Origin: Candidatus Omnitrophota bacterium
GTDB lineage: Bacteria; Omnitrophota; Gorgyraeia; Gygaellales; Profunditerraquicolaceae
DNA length: 64,000 bases
Assembly: GCA_030650425.1 (NCBI GenBank)
Contig: JAUSED010000003.1
Location: 7,903-71,902, forward strand
Direction of reading: 5' to 3'
A model generated the notes under the pieces. The model saw only the letters and a program-made list of their open reading frames with translations, was not told the DNA's origin and searched no databases. Position 1 is the stretch's first letter, and every line of letters begins with the position of its first letter. Shown here one piece after another: positions 21,275-30,533 of this stretch. A program made the translations under genes and the position numbers.

Positions 21275-21721
21275 ATGAAAGAAATATTCCTAGAGTTATC
21301 CCAAAATAAGATTCTTCTTACTACTCTTTCGGCTTGGTTGATTACTCAAGCGCTGAAAGTCTTTATCGGCGTTGTGCAAAAGAGAAGGTTTGATTTTCGT
21401 TTATTCGTGGGAACGGGAGGGATGCCTTCCAGCCATGTCGCTGGCGCCTCATGTCTGGCTACTGCCGTAGGCCTGGAGTGTGGCTTCGACAGCGTTTATT
21501 TTGCCTTGGCTGCTTCATTTGCCATTGTCGTTATGTTTGATGCTCAAGGCGTGCGCCGGGCGACCGGGAGACAGGCGCGCATTCTCAATAAAATAACCGA
21601 TGATATTTATTGGCAGGGTAAAATTCACGAAGGCCGTTTACGCGAACTTGTCGGGCATACGCCGCTTGAGGTAATCGCGGGTTTATTTGTCGGCGTGCTC
21701 ATAGCAATGTTGGCGCATTAA
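21275..21721 (+). CDS. Divergent PAP2 / DUF212 family membrane protein.
   Basis: GGMPSSHVAGASCLATAVGLE and FDAQGVRR match the acid-phosphatase/vanadium-haloperoxidase-related DUF212 family. Confidence 0.6.
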   Translation: MKEIFLELSQNKILLTTLSAWLITQALKVFIGVVQKRRFDFRLFVGTGGMPSSHVAGASCLATAVGLECGFDSVYFALAASFAIVVMFDAQGVRRATGRQARILNKITDDIYWQGKIHEGRLRELVGHTPLEVIAGLFVGVLIAMLAH

Positions 21722-21757
21722 TCAATAAAGTGTCCGTTACGATTGAGGAGGAATGCA

Positions 21758-22573
21758 GTGAATAAAAAAATTTTGCTTACAGCAGGTATAATACTGATAA
21801 TTTTAATTTTAATCATATCCTTTAGCTTAAAGAAAGGAAAAACGTCTTTTGCGGAAGGGAAAACAGCGGTTTTAAACGCGCAATCTCTATTGAATCAGGC
21901 AAGGGACCTGCAGACCAAAGGCGATTTATTGGGACTGGCGGCTCTCTATCAAAAATTAGTAAGTGATTTCCCTAACTCCGCCGAGGTAATGAATTGGCAG
22001 AAGAAAATAGACGATATCAACATCAGGCTTTTATTTTCTCCGACGTTGACTCCGAAGAGCGCTATTTATGAGATCAAGCCGGGGGACACATTAAGCAGGA
22101 TTGCCAAGGCATTTAAGACTACTCCCGAGTTAATTAAAAAGAGTAACAATCTAAAGAGTGATATGATCAGTCCGGGAAAGAAACTCAAGGTTTGGAACGC
22201 GCCTTTTAGCATTCTCGTGGATAAATCCCAGAATATCCTGATCCTTAAAAGTAATGAGGAGATCGTTAAAACCTATATTGTATCAACAGGAAAAGATAAT
22301 ACTTCTCCCGTAGGAAATTTTAAGATTACCTCTAAATTGGTAAATCCTACCTGGTTTAAGACCGGCGCGGTTATCCCGGCAGGCAGCCCGGAAAATGTAT
22401 TGGGGACGCGCTGGCTGGGTATAGACAAGCCCAGTTACGGCATACACGGCACGACTGACCCCCAAGATTTGGGCAAGCAGGTTACTCAAGGTTGTGTGCG
22501 TATGGCTAATTCGGACGTCGAAGAACTATATACTATTGTCCCCATTGGAACAGAAGTAGTTATTGTCGATTAA
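21758..22573 (+). CDS. L,D-transpeptidase with a LysM domain.
   Basis: LysM (IKPGDTLSRIAKAF...), YkuD catalytic HG...C (YGIHGT ... TQGCVRMAN). Start moved to GTG 21758, which lies behind a GAGGAGG RBS. Confidence 0.8.
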   Translation: MNKKILLTAGIILIILILIISFSLKKGKTSFAEGKTAVLNAQSLLNQARDLQTKGDLLGLAALYQKLVSDFPNSAEVMNWQKKIDDINIRLLFSPTLTPKSAIYEIKPGDTLSRIAKAFKTTPELIKKSNNLKSDMISPGKKLKVWNAPFSILVDKSQNILILKSNEEIVKTYIVSTGKDNTSPVGNFKITSKLVNPTWFKTGAVIPAGSPENVLGTRWLGIDKPSYGIHGTTDPQDLGKQVTQGCVRMANSDVEELYTIVPIGTEVVIVD

Positions 22574-22590
22574 TATAAAGTAAAATAAAG

Positions 22591-22695
22591 GAAACAGTTT
22601 CCAATCTGTGAAGGAAACTGTTTCCGGCTCAATCGGGAAACAGTTTCCGCTTTGGGTCGGAAACAGTTTCCGCTTTGAGATGGAAACAGTTTCCA
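22591..22695. repeat. REP array 7: five units at 22591, 22614, 22637, 22660 and 22683, between ldt and accA.
   Basis: 23-nt phasing. Linkers are aatctgtgaa, ggctcaatcg, gctttgggtc and gctttgagat. Confidence 0.9.
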
Positions 22696-22711
22696 GTTTG
22701 GTTTATCAAAT

Positions 22712-23659
22712 ATGGCCGGATTAGAATTTGAAAAACCTATCGTTGAATTAGAGAAGAAAATCCAGGAATTAAGGCGTTTTATCTCGGATAAAAAAATAGA
22801 CCTTTCTTCAGAAGTCAAGCGCTTAGAGGATAAGCTCGAACATCTCAAGAAAGAGACCTACGCCAATCTTAGCGCCTGGCAGAGAGTCCAGCTTGCCCGC
22901 CATCCGCAAAGGCCCTACACCTTAGATTACATCAACCTGATTATGTCGGATTTTATCGAATTACACGGAGACAGGTTATTTAGCGACGACAAGGCCGTCG
23001 TCTGCGGTTTAGCTAAATTAGATCAGCAAAAAATAGCGGTAATCGGGCATCAAAAGGGAAGAGATACCAAGGAAAATCTGAAACGTAATTTTGGCTGCGC
23101 CCATCCAGAAGGATACCGCAAGGCGCTTCGGATTATGCAACTGGCCGAAGAATTTAATTTAGCGGTAGTGGTTTTCATCGATACGCCCGGGGCATACCCG
23201 GGAATAGGCGCGGAAGAGCGCGGCCAAGCGCAGGCCATCGCGCTTAATTTAAGGGAAATGGCTTCTATAGCCACGCCAATAATCTCTATAGTAATCGGAG
23301 AGGGAGGTTCAGGCGGCGCTTTAGGCGTAGGCGTGGCTGACCGCGTAGCCGTATTAGAGAATGCTTATTATTCGGTTATTTCTCCTGAAGGCTGCGCGGC
23401 AATCTTGTGGAAAGACGGAGCAAAGGCTCCTCAAGCAGCCGAGGTTTTAAAATTAACTGGAGATGATTTATTGGCTCTCAAGGTGATTGATGAAGTGATC
23501 CCTGAACCTTTAGGCGGCGCGCATCGGGACGCGCAGAAAACAGCCCAAGCTCTAAAAGAATACATAGTCAGGAACCTCAAGGAATTAAGAACCAACGATA
23601 AAGAAGAGCTGCTTAAGTTAAGGTATAAAAAATTCCGCGAGATGGGCTTGGTAGCATGA
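22712..23659 (+). CDS. accA: Acetyl-CoA carboxylase carboxyltransferase alpha subunit.
   Basis: Full-length AccA signature region FIDTPGAYPGIGAEERGQAQAIA. Confidence 0.9.
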   Translation: MAGLEFEKPIVELEKKIQELRRFISDKKIDLSSEVKRLEDKLEHLKKETYANLSAWQRVQLARHPQRPYTLDYINLIMSDFIELHGDRLFSDDKAVVCGLAKLDQQKIAVIGHQKGRDTKENLKRNFGCAHPEGYRKALRIMQLAEEFNLAVVVFIDTPGAYPGIGAEERGQAQAIALNLREMASIATPIISIVIGEGGSGGALGVGVADRVAVLENAYYSVISPEGCAAILWKDGAKAPQAAEVLKLTGDDLLALKVIDEVIPEPLGGAHRDAQKTAQALKEYIVRNLKELRTNDKEELLKLRYKKFREMGLVA

Positions 23660-24171
23660 TTGAGCAAGAATTATTATTATTAGGCTTGCTTAAAGAGGGC
23701 CCCAAGCACGGCTATGATATCAAAACCAAGATCAAACAGATCCTTTTTCTCTTTGCCGGCGTAGAATTAAAATCCATATATTATCCGTTACGCATATTAG
23801 AAAAAAGAGGCCTGGTAGCCAAACGGACGCTTAAACCGGGGAAGAGGCCTGAGCGCATGGTCTACGCTTTGACTGCTAAGGGGCAAGTCCGTTTTAACGA
23901 GCTTTTAAATAAAAGCCTGCTTAATCTTAGGAGGCCGCAGTTTAGCCTGGATTTGAGTTTGTATTTCCTGCATTATATGAAACCCAGCGTTGCCTCTCGC
24001 CGCTTACGCGCAAGATTACATATGTTGAATAAGGTATCGGGCGGTTTGGCGCAGATGGTTAAAACCTCTTCCAAGGCTAAAACCGCTTCCTTAAACCGCA
24101 TCTTGGAGCATAATTTTAGTCTGCTTAAAGCAGAGTCCCAGTTTATCTCGCAGTTAATTAAGGGAATGTAG
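23656..24171 (+). CDS. PadR-family transcriptional regulator.
   Basis: N-terminal winged helix LLGLLKEGPKHGYDIKTKI ... YYPLRILEKRGLV. Confidence 0.65.
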   Translation: MIEQELLLLGLLKEGPKHGYDIKTKIKQILFLFAGVELKSIYYPLRILEKRGLVAKRTLKPGKRPERMVYALTAKGQVRFNELLNKSLLNLRRPQFSLDLSLYFLHYMKPSVASRRLRARLHMLNKVSGGLAQMVKTSSKAKTASLNRILEHNFSLLKAESQFISQLIKGM

Positions 24172-24173
24172 AA

Positions 24174-24201
24174 GAAAAAGTGACTGTCACTTTTTCTTTT
24201 T
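24174..24201. terminator. Perfect palindrome GAAAAAGTGAC-A-GTCACTTTTTC followed by a T-run. Candidate bidirectional intrinsic terminator.
   Basis: 11-bp perfect stem read directly. It shares the GTGACNGTCAC core with the family-3 elements. Confidence 0.55.
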
Positions 24202-24203
24202 GC

Positions 24204-24232
24204 TTGACACCTCGAAATTTAAATAGTAAAAT
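24204..24232 (+). promoter_or_regulatory. Sigma70-like promoter TTGACA-17-TAAAAT.
   Basis: The -10 hexamer ends 6 nt before ATG 24239, so the transcript would be leaderless. Confidence 0.45.
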
Positions 24233-24238
24233 TTTACT

Positions 24239-24520
24239 ATGTCATTAAAGGAATATGCTATGGAATGGGAGAGCTCTACACAGGAAAAACTTAAAGCGAT
24301 GGTCGCCAAGATCCCTGTTTTTCACCGCCGTATTACTGAAGAGGTAGTGACTAAAGGCGCCGAAAAGAGCGCGCGGACAAGGAATTCCGCCAAAGTAGAA
24401 GAAATAGACGTGCTCACTGCTTTTTTTTCGGATGTCCCGGCCGCGTTTTACAGCATGATGGTCAGGCTCTTGGAGCAGAGCGGGTTTGATTACAAGAAAT
24501 ATGGATTTCCCAAGCGGTAG
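24239..24520 (+). CDS. Small hypothetical protein.
   Basis: 93-aa ORF. I recognise no motif. Confidence 0.4.
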   Translation: MSLKEYAMEWESSTQEKLKAMVAKIPVFHRRITEEVVTKGAEKSARTRNSAKVEEIDVLTAFFSDVPAAFYSMMVRLLEQSGFDYKKYGFPKR

Positions 24521-24529
24521 GTTTTTAAT

Positions 24530-25537
24530 ATGAAGATAGCGGTGATTGGCGCAGGAGCCATCGGGAGTTTAGTTGCCGGTTACTTAAAATTACAAGGCGA
24601 AGATATATACCTGGTTGGAAACCCTGAAGCGGTTAAGTCGGTTTCTGAAAACGGCTGTAAGATTTCCGGGTGCCGAGGCGATTTTAAGGTCGATATCAGC
24701 ATATTTGAGATGCTTGTTTCCAAGCCTGAGCTTGTGATCCTGGCGACTAAAACGCAGGATATCGAGAGCGCGTTAAAGAATAACCTTAGTCTGCTTAAAG
24801 ATACGATTATTTTGACCACGCAGAACGGAGTTCAGGCTGAAAGAATAGCAGCCGGGTTTCTTCCTCAAGACAATATACTTTCGAGCATCGTCATGTTCGG
24901 CGCCACTTATTTGGAAGCAGGTAAGGTTATTCATAATTTTGAGGGAAGCTGGATTTTAGGTAATTTATTTTCCGAAGCCCCTGACCCGCGGGTACTTTCG
25001 ATCAGTATGATTTTAGATAAGGCATTTTCTACGGTTGTAAGCGACGATATCGCGGGGATGAAATATTTAAAGGTATTCGTGAATGCCAATAATTGCATCC
25101 CGGCGATATTAGGGATGAGCATGCAAGAGGCTTTTAGTGACCCGCAAATAAGCAGGATAAGTGTTAACATTTGGAAAGAAGGTTTCCAGATCATCGCGAA
25201 GGCCGGAATTAAGCTTGTTTCTTTACCGGGCTTTCCGCTAGAAAACGTAACTCGGCTCATCTCTATTCCACCGGAAGAAGCAGCGAATATTTTCTCAGGG
25301 ATTATGGGTAAGTTAAGCCGCGACCCGCTCTATGGTTCAATATTGCAGAGTATAAAAAGGGGAAGGTCGTCGGAGATTGATTATATCAACGGAGAATTTG
25401 TCAGCTTAGCTGAAAAATGCCGTTTAAACGCGGGGTTAAATAAAAGATTGGTGGAAATGGTGCACGAAGTTGAGAAGACAAATAAATTTTTTACTAAAAC
25501 TGAACTTTTAAATGCCGTACAAGGATTAGTAAGTTGA
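24530..25537 (+). CDS. 2-dehydropantoate 2-reductase family (ApbA/PanE-like NAD(P)H oxidoreductase).
   Basis: N-terminal Rossmann motif MKIAVIGAGAIGSLVAGYL, and size and fold typical of ketopantoate reductases. Confidence 0.65.
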   Translation: MKIAVIGAGAIGSLVAGYLKLQGEDIYLVGNPEAVKSVSENGCKISGCRGDFKVDISIFEMLVSKPELVILATKTQDIESALKNNLSLLKDTIILTTQNGVQAERIAAGFLPQDNILSSIVMFGATYLEAGKVIHNFEGSWILGNLFSEAPDPRVLSISMILDKAFSTVVSDDIAGMKYLKVFVNANNCIPAILGMSMQEAFSDPQISRISVNIWKEGFQIIAKAGIKLVSLPGFPLENVTRLISIPPEEAANIFSGIMGKLSRDPLYGSILQSIKRGRSSEIDYINGEFVSLAEKCRLNAGLNKRLVEMVHEVEKTNKFFTKTELLNAVQGLVS

Positions 25538-25538
25538 A

Positions 25539-26135
25539 ATGGTTGGAATAAATTCACCTTTTCCAAGGCTAAAACTTACCGTGAATAACGTTTACGGCGA
25601 ATGTTACCACGGTTATCAGGCAGGCGATGAGATTCTCCTCGAAGATTTTACTCATCCACCCAAGCATTTTTGCTTGGGGTTAGCCCACGCGCTTTTTCCG
25701 GTGATCTACGCCTTGAGTTTCGGCGCTAAGTTTGGTTTTCGCGATAACCAACGTTCGCTTTTGGTGACTTGTCCTGACGGCGGAAAGTTAGAGTTCAAAG
25801 CGGAAATTTTGGATAAAGAGGGCAAGGTAGAAACTCTCCCTAAAGATGCAAATCATAAATTTAATCCCAAAAAGATGGTGATTGAAGTGGTACAAGCCAA
25901 AGGAAAATGCACCTTTGGCTATAAAGTCGGAGATCAATGGGAGACGCTCGGGTTAAAATGTATTCCCGGTTTTTGCGGGGCGGCATTTCATACCGCGTTC
26001 CCGGCGCTCTTTGCCTTAAATTTTGGCGCCAAGTTTTTCTTTATGCAGAACCCTAATTCTATTGATACGGTGGCTTGCCCTGACGGAGGGAATATCGTAT
26101 TTAAGGTAAGCAGGATCGAGGAAGATAAAAAATGA
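25539..26135 (+). CDS. Small protein with an internally duplicated Cys/His-containing domain.
   Basis: Two repeats of a ~90-aa module (...HFCLGLAHALFPVIYALSFGAKFGF...CPDGG / ...GFCGAAFHTAFPALFALNFGAKFFF...CPDGG). Translationally coupled to the downstream KS. Confidence 0.45.
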   Translation: MVGINSPFPRLKLTVNNVYGECYHGYQAGDEILLEDFTHPPKHFCLGLAHALFPVIYALSFGAKFGFRDNQRSLLVTCPDGGKLEFKAEILDKEGKVETLPKDANHKFNPKKMVIEVVQAKGKCTFGYKVGDQWETLGLKCIPGFCGAAFHTAFPALFALNFGAKFFFMQNPNSIDTVACPDGGNIVFKVSRIEEDKK

Positions 26136-27391
26136 ACAAACGTAGAGTAGTGATTACCGGAATAGGCGTGGTTTCGCCTAACGGCATCGGCAAAGAAAAA
26201 GTTTATCAGGCGATGTGCAATGGCGTCTCCGGAATAAGGCGGGTGGATGGTTTTGATGTCTCGGTATTTAACACTAAGATTGCCGCGGAAGTGCGCGATT
26301 TCGATCCGTTTAAACTTGGCCTTACCCACGAAGAGGCTGTACGCATGGATAGATATGTGCAATTTGGCGTGGTCGCCGGAAATATGGCTCTTTGCGACAG
26401 CGGTTTGGATCTGGCGAAAGTTGACCCTGAACGTATCGGCGTCTGTCTGGCTAATGCTATCTGCGGGACAAAATATATGGAAGAGGAGTTTGCCTTGGTA
26501 ACTTGCGACGGGAAGAACCCTATTGATCCGTCAAAGGTACGTCCTGACCTTTATGACGCGGCGATGTTTAATACCCCTTCTATTGAATTGTCGGCTAAAT
26601 ATCACCTTAAAGGAATATGCAATACGCTTTCTACCGGCTGCACAGCCGGCACTGATTCTTTGGGGTTCGGATTAGAGACGATTCAAGATGGAGAGCAGGA
26701 GATTATGATTTGCGGGGCGGCGGAAGCGCCGATTACGCCGATTACTTTCGGTGCCTTTGATGTAGTCAATGTTTTGTCGGTGCGCAATGATCATCCGCAG
26801 GCCTCAAGCCGTCCTTTCGATAATAAGCGCGATGGCTTTGTCCTAAGCGAAGGCGCGGGTATTTTAATTTTAGAAGAATTGAATCACGCCTTAAAACGGA
26901 ATGCCCGGATTTATTGCGAAGTTTTAGGATTTGGCACCAGTTGTAACGCCTTTCATATGACCGATCTTCCGGGCGATGGACAGGCGATGACTACTTGTAT
27001 TGTCTTGGCTCTCAAAGATTCCGGGATCAAGCCGCAGGAGATAGATTATATCAGCGCCCATGGCTCAAGCACGAAAATGAACGATATATTCGAGACCAAC
27101 GCCTACAAGGCGGTTTTCGGCGATTACGCCTATAAACTTCCGATCAGTTCGCTTAAGTCGATGATCGGGCATCCCTTGGCCGCATCCAACGCCGTGGAGA
27201 TGACCGTCTGCTCGATGATCTTCGAAAGAAACATCCTTCCGCCGACGATCAATCAGGATGAAAAGGACCCTTTGTGCGACCTGAATTATATTCCCAACCA
27301 AGCGATTAGCAAAAAAGTAGATACGATTATTAAAACCAGCTCCGGTTTTTCAGGGATTCATTCTTCGTTAGTTTTAAGGAGATATAAATGA
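26132..27391 (+). CDS. Beta-ketoacyl synthase (KS alpha, FabF-like) with an intact Cys-His-His triad.
   Basis: Active-site TGCTAG, with His in NAFHMT and His in KSMIGHPLAASNA. Confidence 0.9.
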   Translation: MNKRRVVITGIGVVSPNGIGKEKVYQAMCNGVSGIRRVDGFDVSVFNTKIAAEVRDFDPFKLGLTHEEAVRMDRYVQFGVVAGNMALCDSGLDLAKVDPERIGVCLANAICGTKYMEEEFALVTCDGKNPIDPSKVRPDLYDAAMFNTPSIELSAKYHLKGICNTLSTGCTAGTDSLGFGLETIQDGEQEIMICGAAEAPITPITFGAFDVVNVLSVRNDHPQASSRPFDNKRDGFVLSEGAGILILEELNHALKRNARIYCEVLGFGTSCNAFHMTDLPGDGQAMTTCIVLALKDSGIKPQEIDYISAHGSSTKMNDIFETNAYKAVFGDYAYKLPISSLKSMIGHPLAASNAVEMTVCSMIFERNILPPTINQDEKDPLCDLNYIPNQAISKKVDTIIKTSSGFSGIHSSLVLRRYK

Positions 27392-27398
27392 AAAACAG

Positions 27399-27475
27399 CG
27401 AAACTGTTTCCATCTCAATCGGGAAACAGTTTCCGAGCCAATCGGGAAACTGTTTCCGAGCCAATCGGGAAAGTG
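27399..27475. repeat. REP array 8: units at 27399, 27422 and 27445, plus a degenerate unit at 27468, between the KS alpha and KS beta genes.
   Basis: 23-nt phasing. Linkers are atctcaatcg, gagccaatcg and gagccaatcg. Confidence 0.9.
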
Positions 27476-27496
27476 GGCATAGGAGAGGGAGGCTGT

Positions 27497-28735
27497 GTGG
27501 ATAAAATAGCGATTACGGGTATAGGTATCGTCAGCCCTTCCGGGATAAATAAGCGGCAGTTCTGGGCGAATATCAAAGCCGGACGCTCTTTTATCAAAGA
27601 GATTACCCGTTTTGACGCCTCAAAATACCCGTCGCATATTGCCGGCCAAATCGACGAACTAAATAAATATAGCAATTTCTCTGAGCGCCTGCTTAAAAAA
27701 ATCGACGCCTTTTCGCATATGGCCTTGATTGCTTCAGAATTGGCCCTGCAGGACGCCGGGATCGATATCAAGAACGAAGACCCAAATTTAGTCGGAATAT
27801 TCTTAGGCAATGCTATCGGCGGATGGCTTTACGCGGAGACAGAACTGCGCGATTTATATATCGAAGGCCGCGAAGGCGTTTCTCCTTATATGGCTTCAGC
27901 CTGGTTTCCGGCGGCGCCGCAAGGGCAGGTTTCTATTTATTACGGGATTAAAGGATTCTCCAAGACGATTGTCGCGGATAGAGCCAGCTCTTTGATGGCC
28001 TTAGGTTACGGCCGGAAGGTTTTAAATAAGAATAAGTTGAATATGATTTTAGCCGGCGGGATGGAAGCGCCGGTGACCCCTTACGCGCTTTTATGCTGCT
28101 CTACTTACGGCGCGCTCTCCAAAAATAATGCCAAACCTCAGGAAGCCTACCGGCCATTTGACAAAAAACGCGACGGGTGCGTAATCGGAGAAGGCGCGGG
28201 TATCGTGGTGATGGAGAGTATCGCGCGGGCAAATAAAAGAGGGGTTAGGCCTTTGGCTTATATTTCCGGATACGCGGCAAGCTGCGACGGAGTTGACCGG
28301 ATCAACTGCGGCGCAGACGGGAAAGAATTAGCCAGGGCAATTAAATTAGCGCTATCCGATGCCCAAACCAATATCGACGAAATCGACTACATTAGCTTAG
28401 ACGGTTTGGCCTTAAATTTATGGGATGATGCTGAGTTGAATGCGCTAAAGAGTGTTTTTAGTCAGAGGGTTAAGGATATTCCAATAAGTTGCCCAAAATC
28501 TATGTTTGGAAATTTACTGGGCGCATCCGGCGCTGTAGATATGATTACGACAATCTTAGCGATGGAACATAGCCTGGTTCCGGTTACCTTAAATTTAGAC
28601 GAACCAAGTATAAAAGATTTTAATTATGTTACTAAAGAAGCTAAGGAATACAAAATCAATAAGGCTTTGGTGATTTCGCGCGGCAGGGGCGGGATCAATT
28701 CAGTGTTGGTAGTCGAGAGTAACACCCCGCGCTAA
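27497..28735 (+). CDS. KS beta / chain-length-factor-like partner: a ketosynthase fold lacking Cys and both His residues.
   Basis: Aligns to the upstream KS, but the active-site Cys aligns to R/D (VADRASS), His1 to Asp (ASCDGV) and His2 to Asn (MFGNLLGAS). GTG 27497 follows a GGAGAGGGAGG RBS. Confidence 0.75.
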   Translation: MDKIAITGIGIVSPSGINKRQFWANIKAGRSFIKEITRFDASKYPSHIAGQIDELNKYSNFSERLLKKIDAFSHMALIASELALQDAGIDIKNEDPNLVGIFLGNAIGGWLYAETELRDLYIEGREGVSPYMASAWFPAAPQGQVSIYYGIKGFSKTIVADRASSLMALGYGRKVLNKNKLNMILAGGMEAPVTPYALLCCSTYGALSKNNAKPQEAYRPFDKKRDGCVIGEGAGIVVMESIARANKRGVRPLAYISGYAASCDGVDRINCGADGKELARAIKLALSDAQTNIDEIDYISLDGLALNLWDDAELNALKSVFSQRVKDIPISCPKSMFGNLLGASGAVDMITTILAMEHSLVPVTLNLDEPSIKDFNYVTKEAKEYKINKALVISRGRGGINSVLVVESNTPR

Positions 28736-28823
28736 TAAGAGGTGCCCGGCGCAATAGGTATGCGCCGGCATGCGCTTGTGCGCAAATTGCGCGGGTGTGC
28801 CCTTGTGGGCTAGGAGAAATTTA

Positions 28824-30284
28824 ATGAAGATTTTATTTGTTATGCCAAAGGTGGGCAGTTGGGCAACGCACGGAAAGCATGTCGCGCCGAATCAATTATA
28901 CGCGCATTGGGCTAGCTATGTCAGGGAAAAAGGTTACGCGGATGTTTCGGTTATCGACGGCAAGGCGATGGAAATCCCCATGGACGAGATGGTCCAGATG
29001 GTCAAAGATAAAAATCCGGATGTCGTGGTTATGGGTGAGCAGCTGCATTCTTATGGTGGATACGGGGTTTTGCGCCATTTTAACGAAGCCTCCAGAAAAA
29101 TAAAAGCTGCGCTTCCTAAAACTAAGCTTATTTTCGGCGGGCTTTGGTATTCGGCGATGCCGACGCAGACCTTGGATGAGAATCCCGCGGTAGATTATAT
29201 AGTGATGGGAGAAGAAGAGTCGTTTTTTGATTTACTTGAGGCGATTGCCAAGAATAAGCCGATTAAAGATGTTGCCGGCGTAGCTTCGCGCGTGGATGGC
29301 AAAGCGGTTTTGGGTCCGCATAAGCCGCTATTACAAGATTTGGATTCTTTACCGCTTCCAGCCTATGATTTATTCCCAATGGATAGATATGTAGGCCATA
29401 CCCACTGGAAACCGTTTGTGGATATGGTTACTTCGCGCGGCTGTCCCTCAGCCTGCACTTTTTGTTATGAATGGGATCAGTATGATCCGCGCCACCCGTC
29501 GGATTTTCTTACTTGGCGGGCAAAATCTCCGGAGAGAGTGATTGAAGAATTGAACCTTTTACATAATAAATATGGGGTCAAGGTCGTAGTGATCCAAGAT
29601 GATAATTTCAATGTTGACCCGGCGAGGGTGCAAAAATTCTGTGAGCTAAAAAAAGCATCGAACAACCCGATTAAATGGGTCTCTTTAGGCAGGGCAGTGG
29701 ATTGGGTTAATTGTGAAAAGATCCTACCTTTAATGAAAGAGACAGGGCTATTCACCGGCGTCTTTGGGATCGAAGTAACTACCCCGGAGGAACTAAAAAA
29801 GATTGCCAAGGGGATTACCATTGAACAGATCAAAAAGACGATCGAAATCCTGCGTAAGAATGATATTGCCGTGGTGGCGGATATCATGATGGGTTTTGAT
29901 TATGATACCGAGGCGATTATCAAGCAAAGATACGAATTTACCGATATGGTTGACCCGGATATCCTTTGGATCGGCTATGTCACTCCCGCGCCGAACTCTC
30001 CGATGTGGAAGATGTCTTTAAAAAAGAATTGGATCGACCCTAAAAAAGTGGATTTTTCACAATGGGATTTCCTGCATCCGGTTATACCCACCGACCATTT
30101 GAGCATCGAAGAATTAGGCCGCCTTGGGTCTTGGTGTATGCGTGAATTCTTCTCCAAGCCCGGCAGGATTAACCGGATTATGGAGAGTGATTTCGATATT
30201 TTAGCTAAACTCTGTTTTCAGGATGTGATGGCCGGCGTCGGAAAATGGGAAGCAGGCGCGACTAAGGGGGAAGTGCACGTATAG
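28824..30284 (+). CDS. B12-binding-domain radical SAM enzyme (class B rSAM).
   Basis: N-terminal cobalamin-binding Rossmann-like domain, and radical SAM cluster motif RGCPSACTFC. ATG 28824 with an AGGAG RBS is preferred over track start 28770. Confidence 0.8.
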   Translation: MKILFVMPKVGSWATHGKHVAPNQLYAHWASYVREKGYADVSVIDGKAMEIPMDEMVQMVKDKNPDVVVMGEQLHSYGGYGVLRHFNEASRKIKAALPKTKLIFGGLWYSAMPTQTLDENPAVDYIVMGEEESFFDLLEAIAKNKPIKDVAGVASRVDGKAVLGPHKPLLQDLDSLPLPAYDLFPMDRYVGHTHWKPFVDMVTSRGCPSACTFCYEWDQYDPRHPSDFLTWRAKSPERVIEELNLLHNKYGVKVVVIQDDNFNVDPARVQKFCELKKASNNPIKWVSLGRAVDWVNCEKILPLMKETGLFTGVFGIEVTTPEELKKIAKGITIEQIKKTIEILRKNDIAVVADIMMGFDYDTEAIIKQRYEFTDMVDPDILWIGYVTPAPNSPMWKMSLKKNWIDPKKVDFSQWDFLHPVIPTDHLSIEELGRLGSWCMREFFSKPGRINRIMESDFDILAKLCFQDVMAGVGKWEAGATKGEVHV

Positions 30285-30299
30285 GTTAGCGGAGGGAAA

Positions 30300-30533
30300 A
30301 TGGATATAAAAATAAAAGTCAAAGAGATATTGAGTAATCTTCTAAAAGTAAAAATCGATGAATTAAAAGATAACTCTTCTCTAGAGGCAAGCATCGGAGT
30401 GGATTCTACCGAGATGGTCGAATCAGTGATTGCTTTGGAAAAGGCGTTCGGAGTAAAACTAAGTCCCAAAGAGATTACCAAGTCTTCGAGTATTGAAGAC
30501 ATTGAAAAAGTTATCCACTCAAAAATTGGCTAA
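30300..30533 (+). CDS. Acyl carrier protein.
   Basis: 77 aa with a phosphopantetheine-attachment Ser in GVDSTEMVESV. Confidence 0.8.
   Translation: MDIKIKVKEILSNLLKVKIDELKDNSSLEASIGVDSTEMVESVIALEKAFGVKLSPKEITKSSSIEDIEKVIHSKIG

Noticed and set aside
28736-28823. Cobalamin riboswitch upstream of the B12-binding radical SAM gene
   Set aside because: The region is only about 88 nt and lacks a recognisable B12 box. It is reported only as an unexplained GC-rich palindromic leader.
28770-28823. Track start codons lying upstream of better-supported starts (28770 for the radical SAM gene, 14327 for the second pseudopilin, 14793 for the third, 57295 for holA, 58260 for rpsT, 18962 for the RAYT, 45887 for rlmN)
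   Set aside because: In each case a downstream ATG or GTG with a proper GGAG-type RBS, or the prepilin-motif position, or removal of overlap with the preceding gene, gives a more plausible start. The longer versions would require translation through the upstream gene or through repeat elements.
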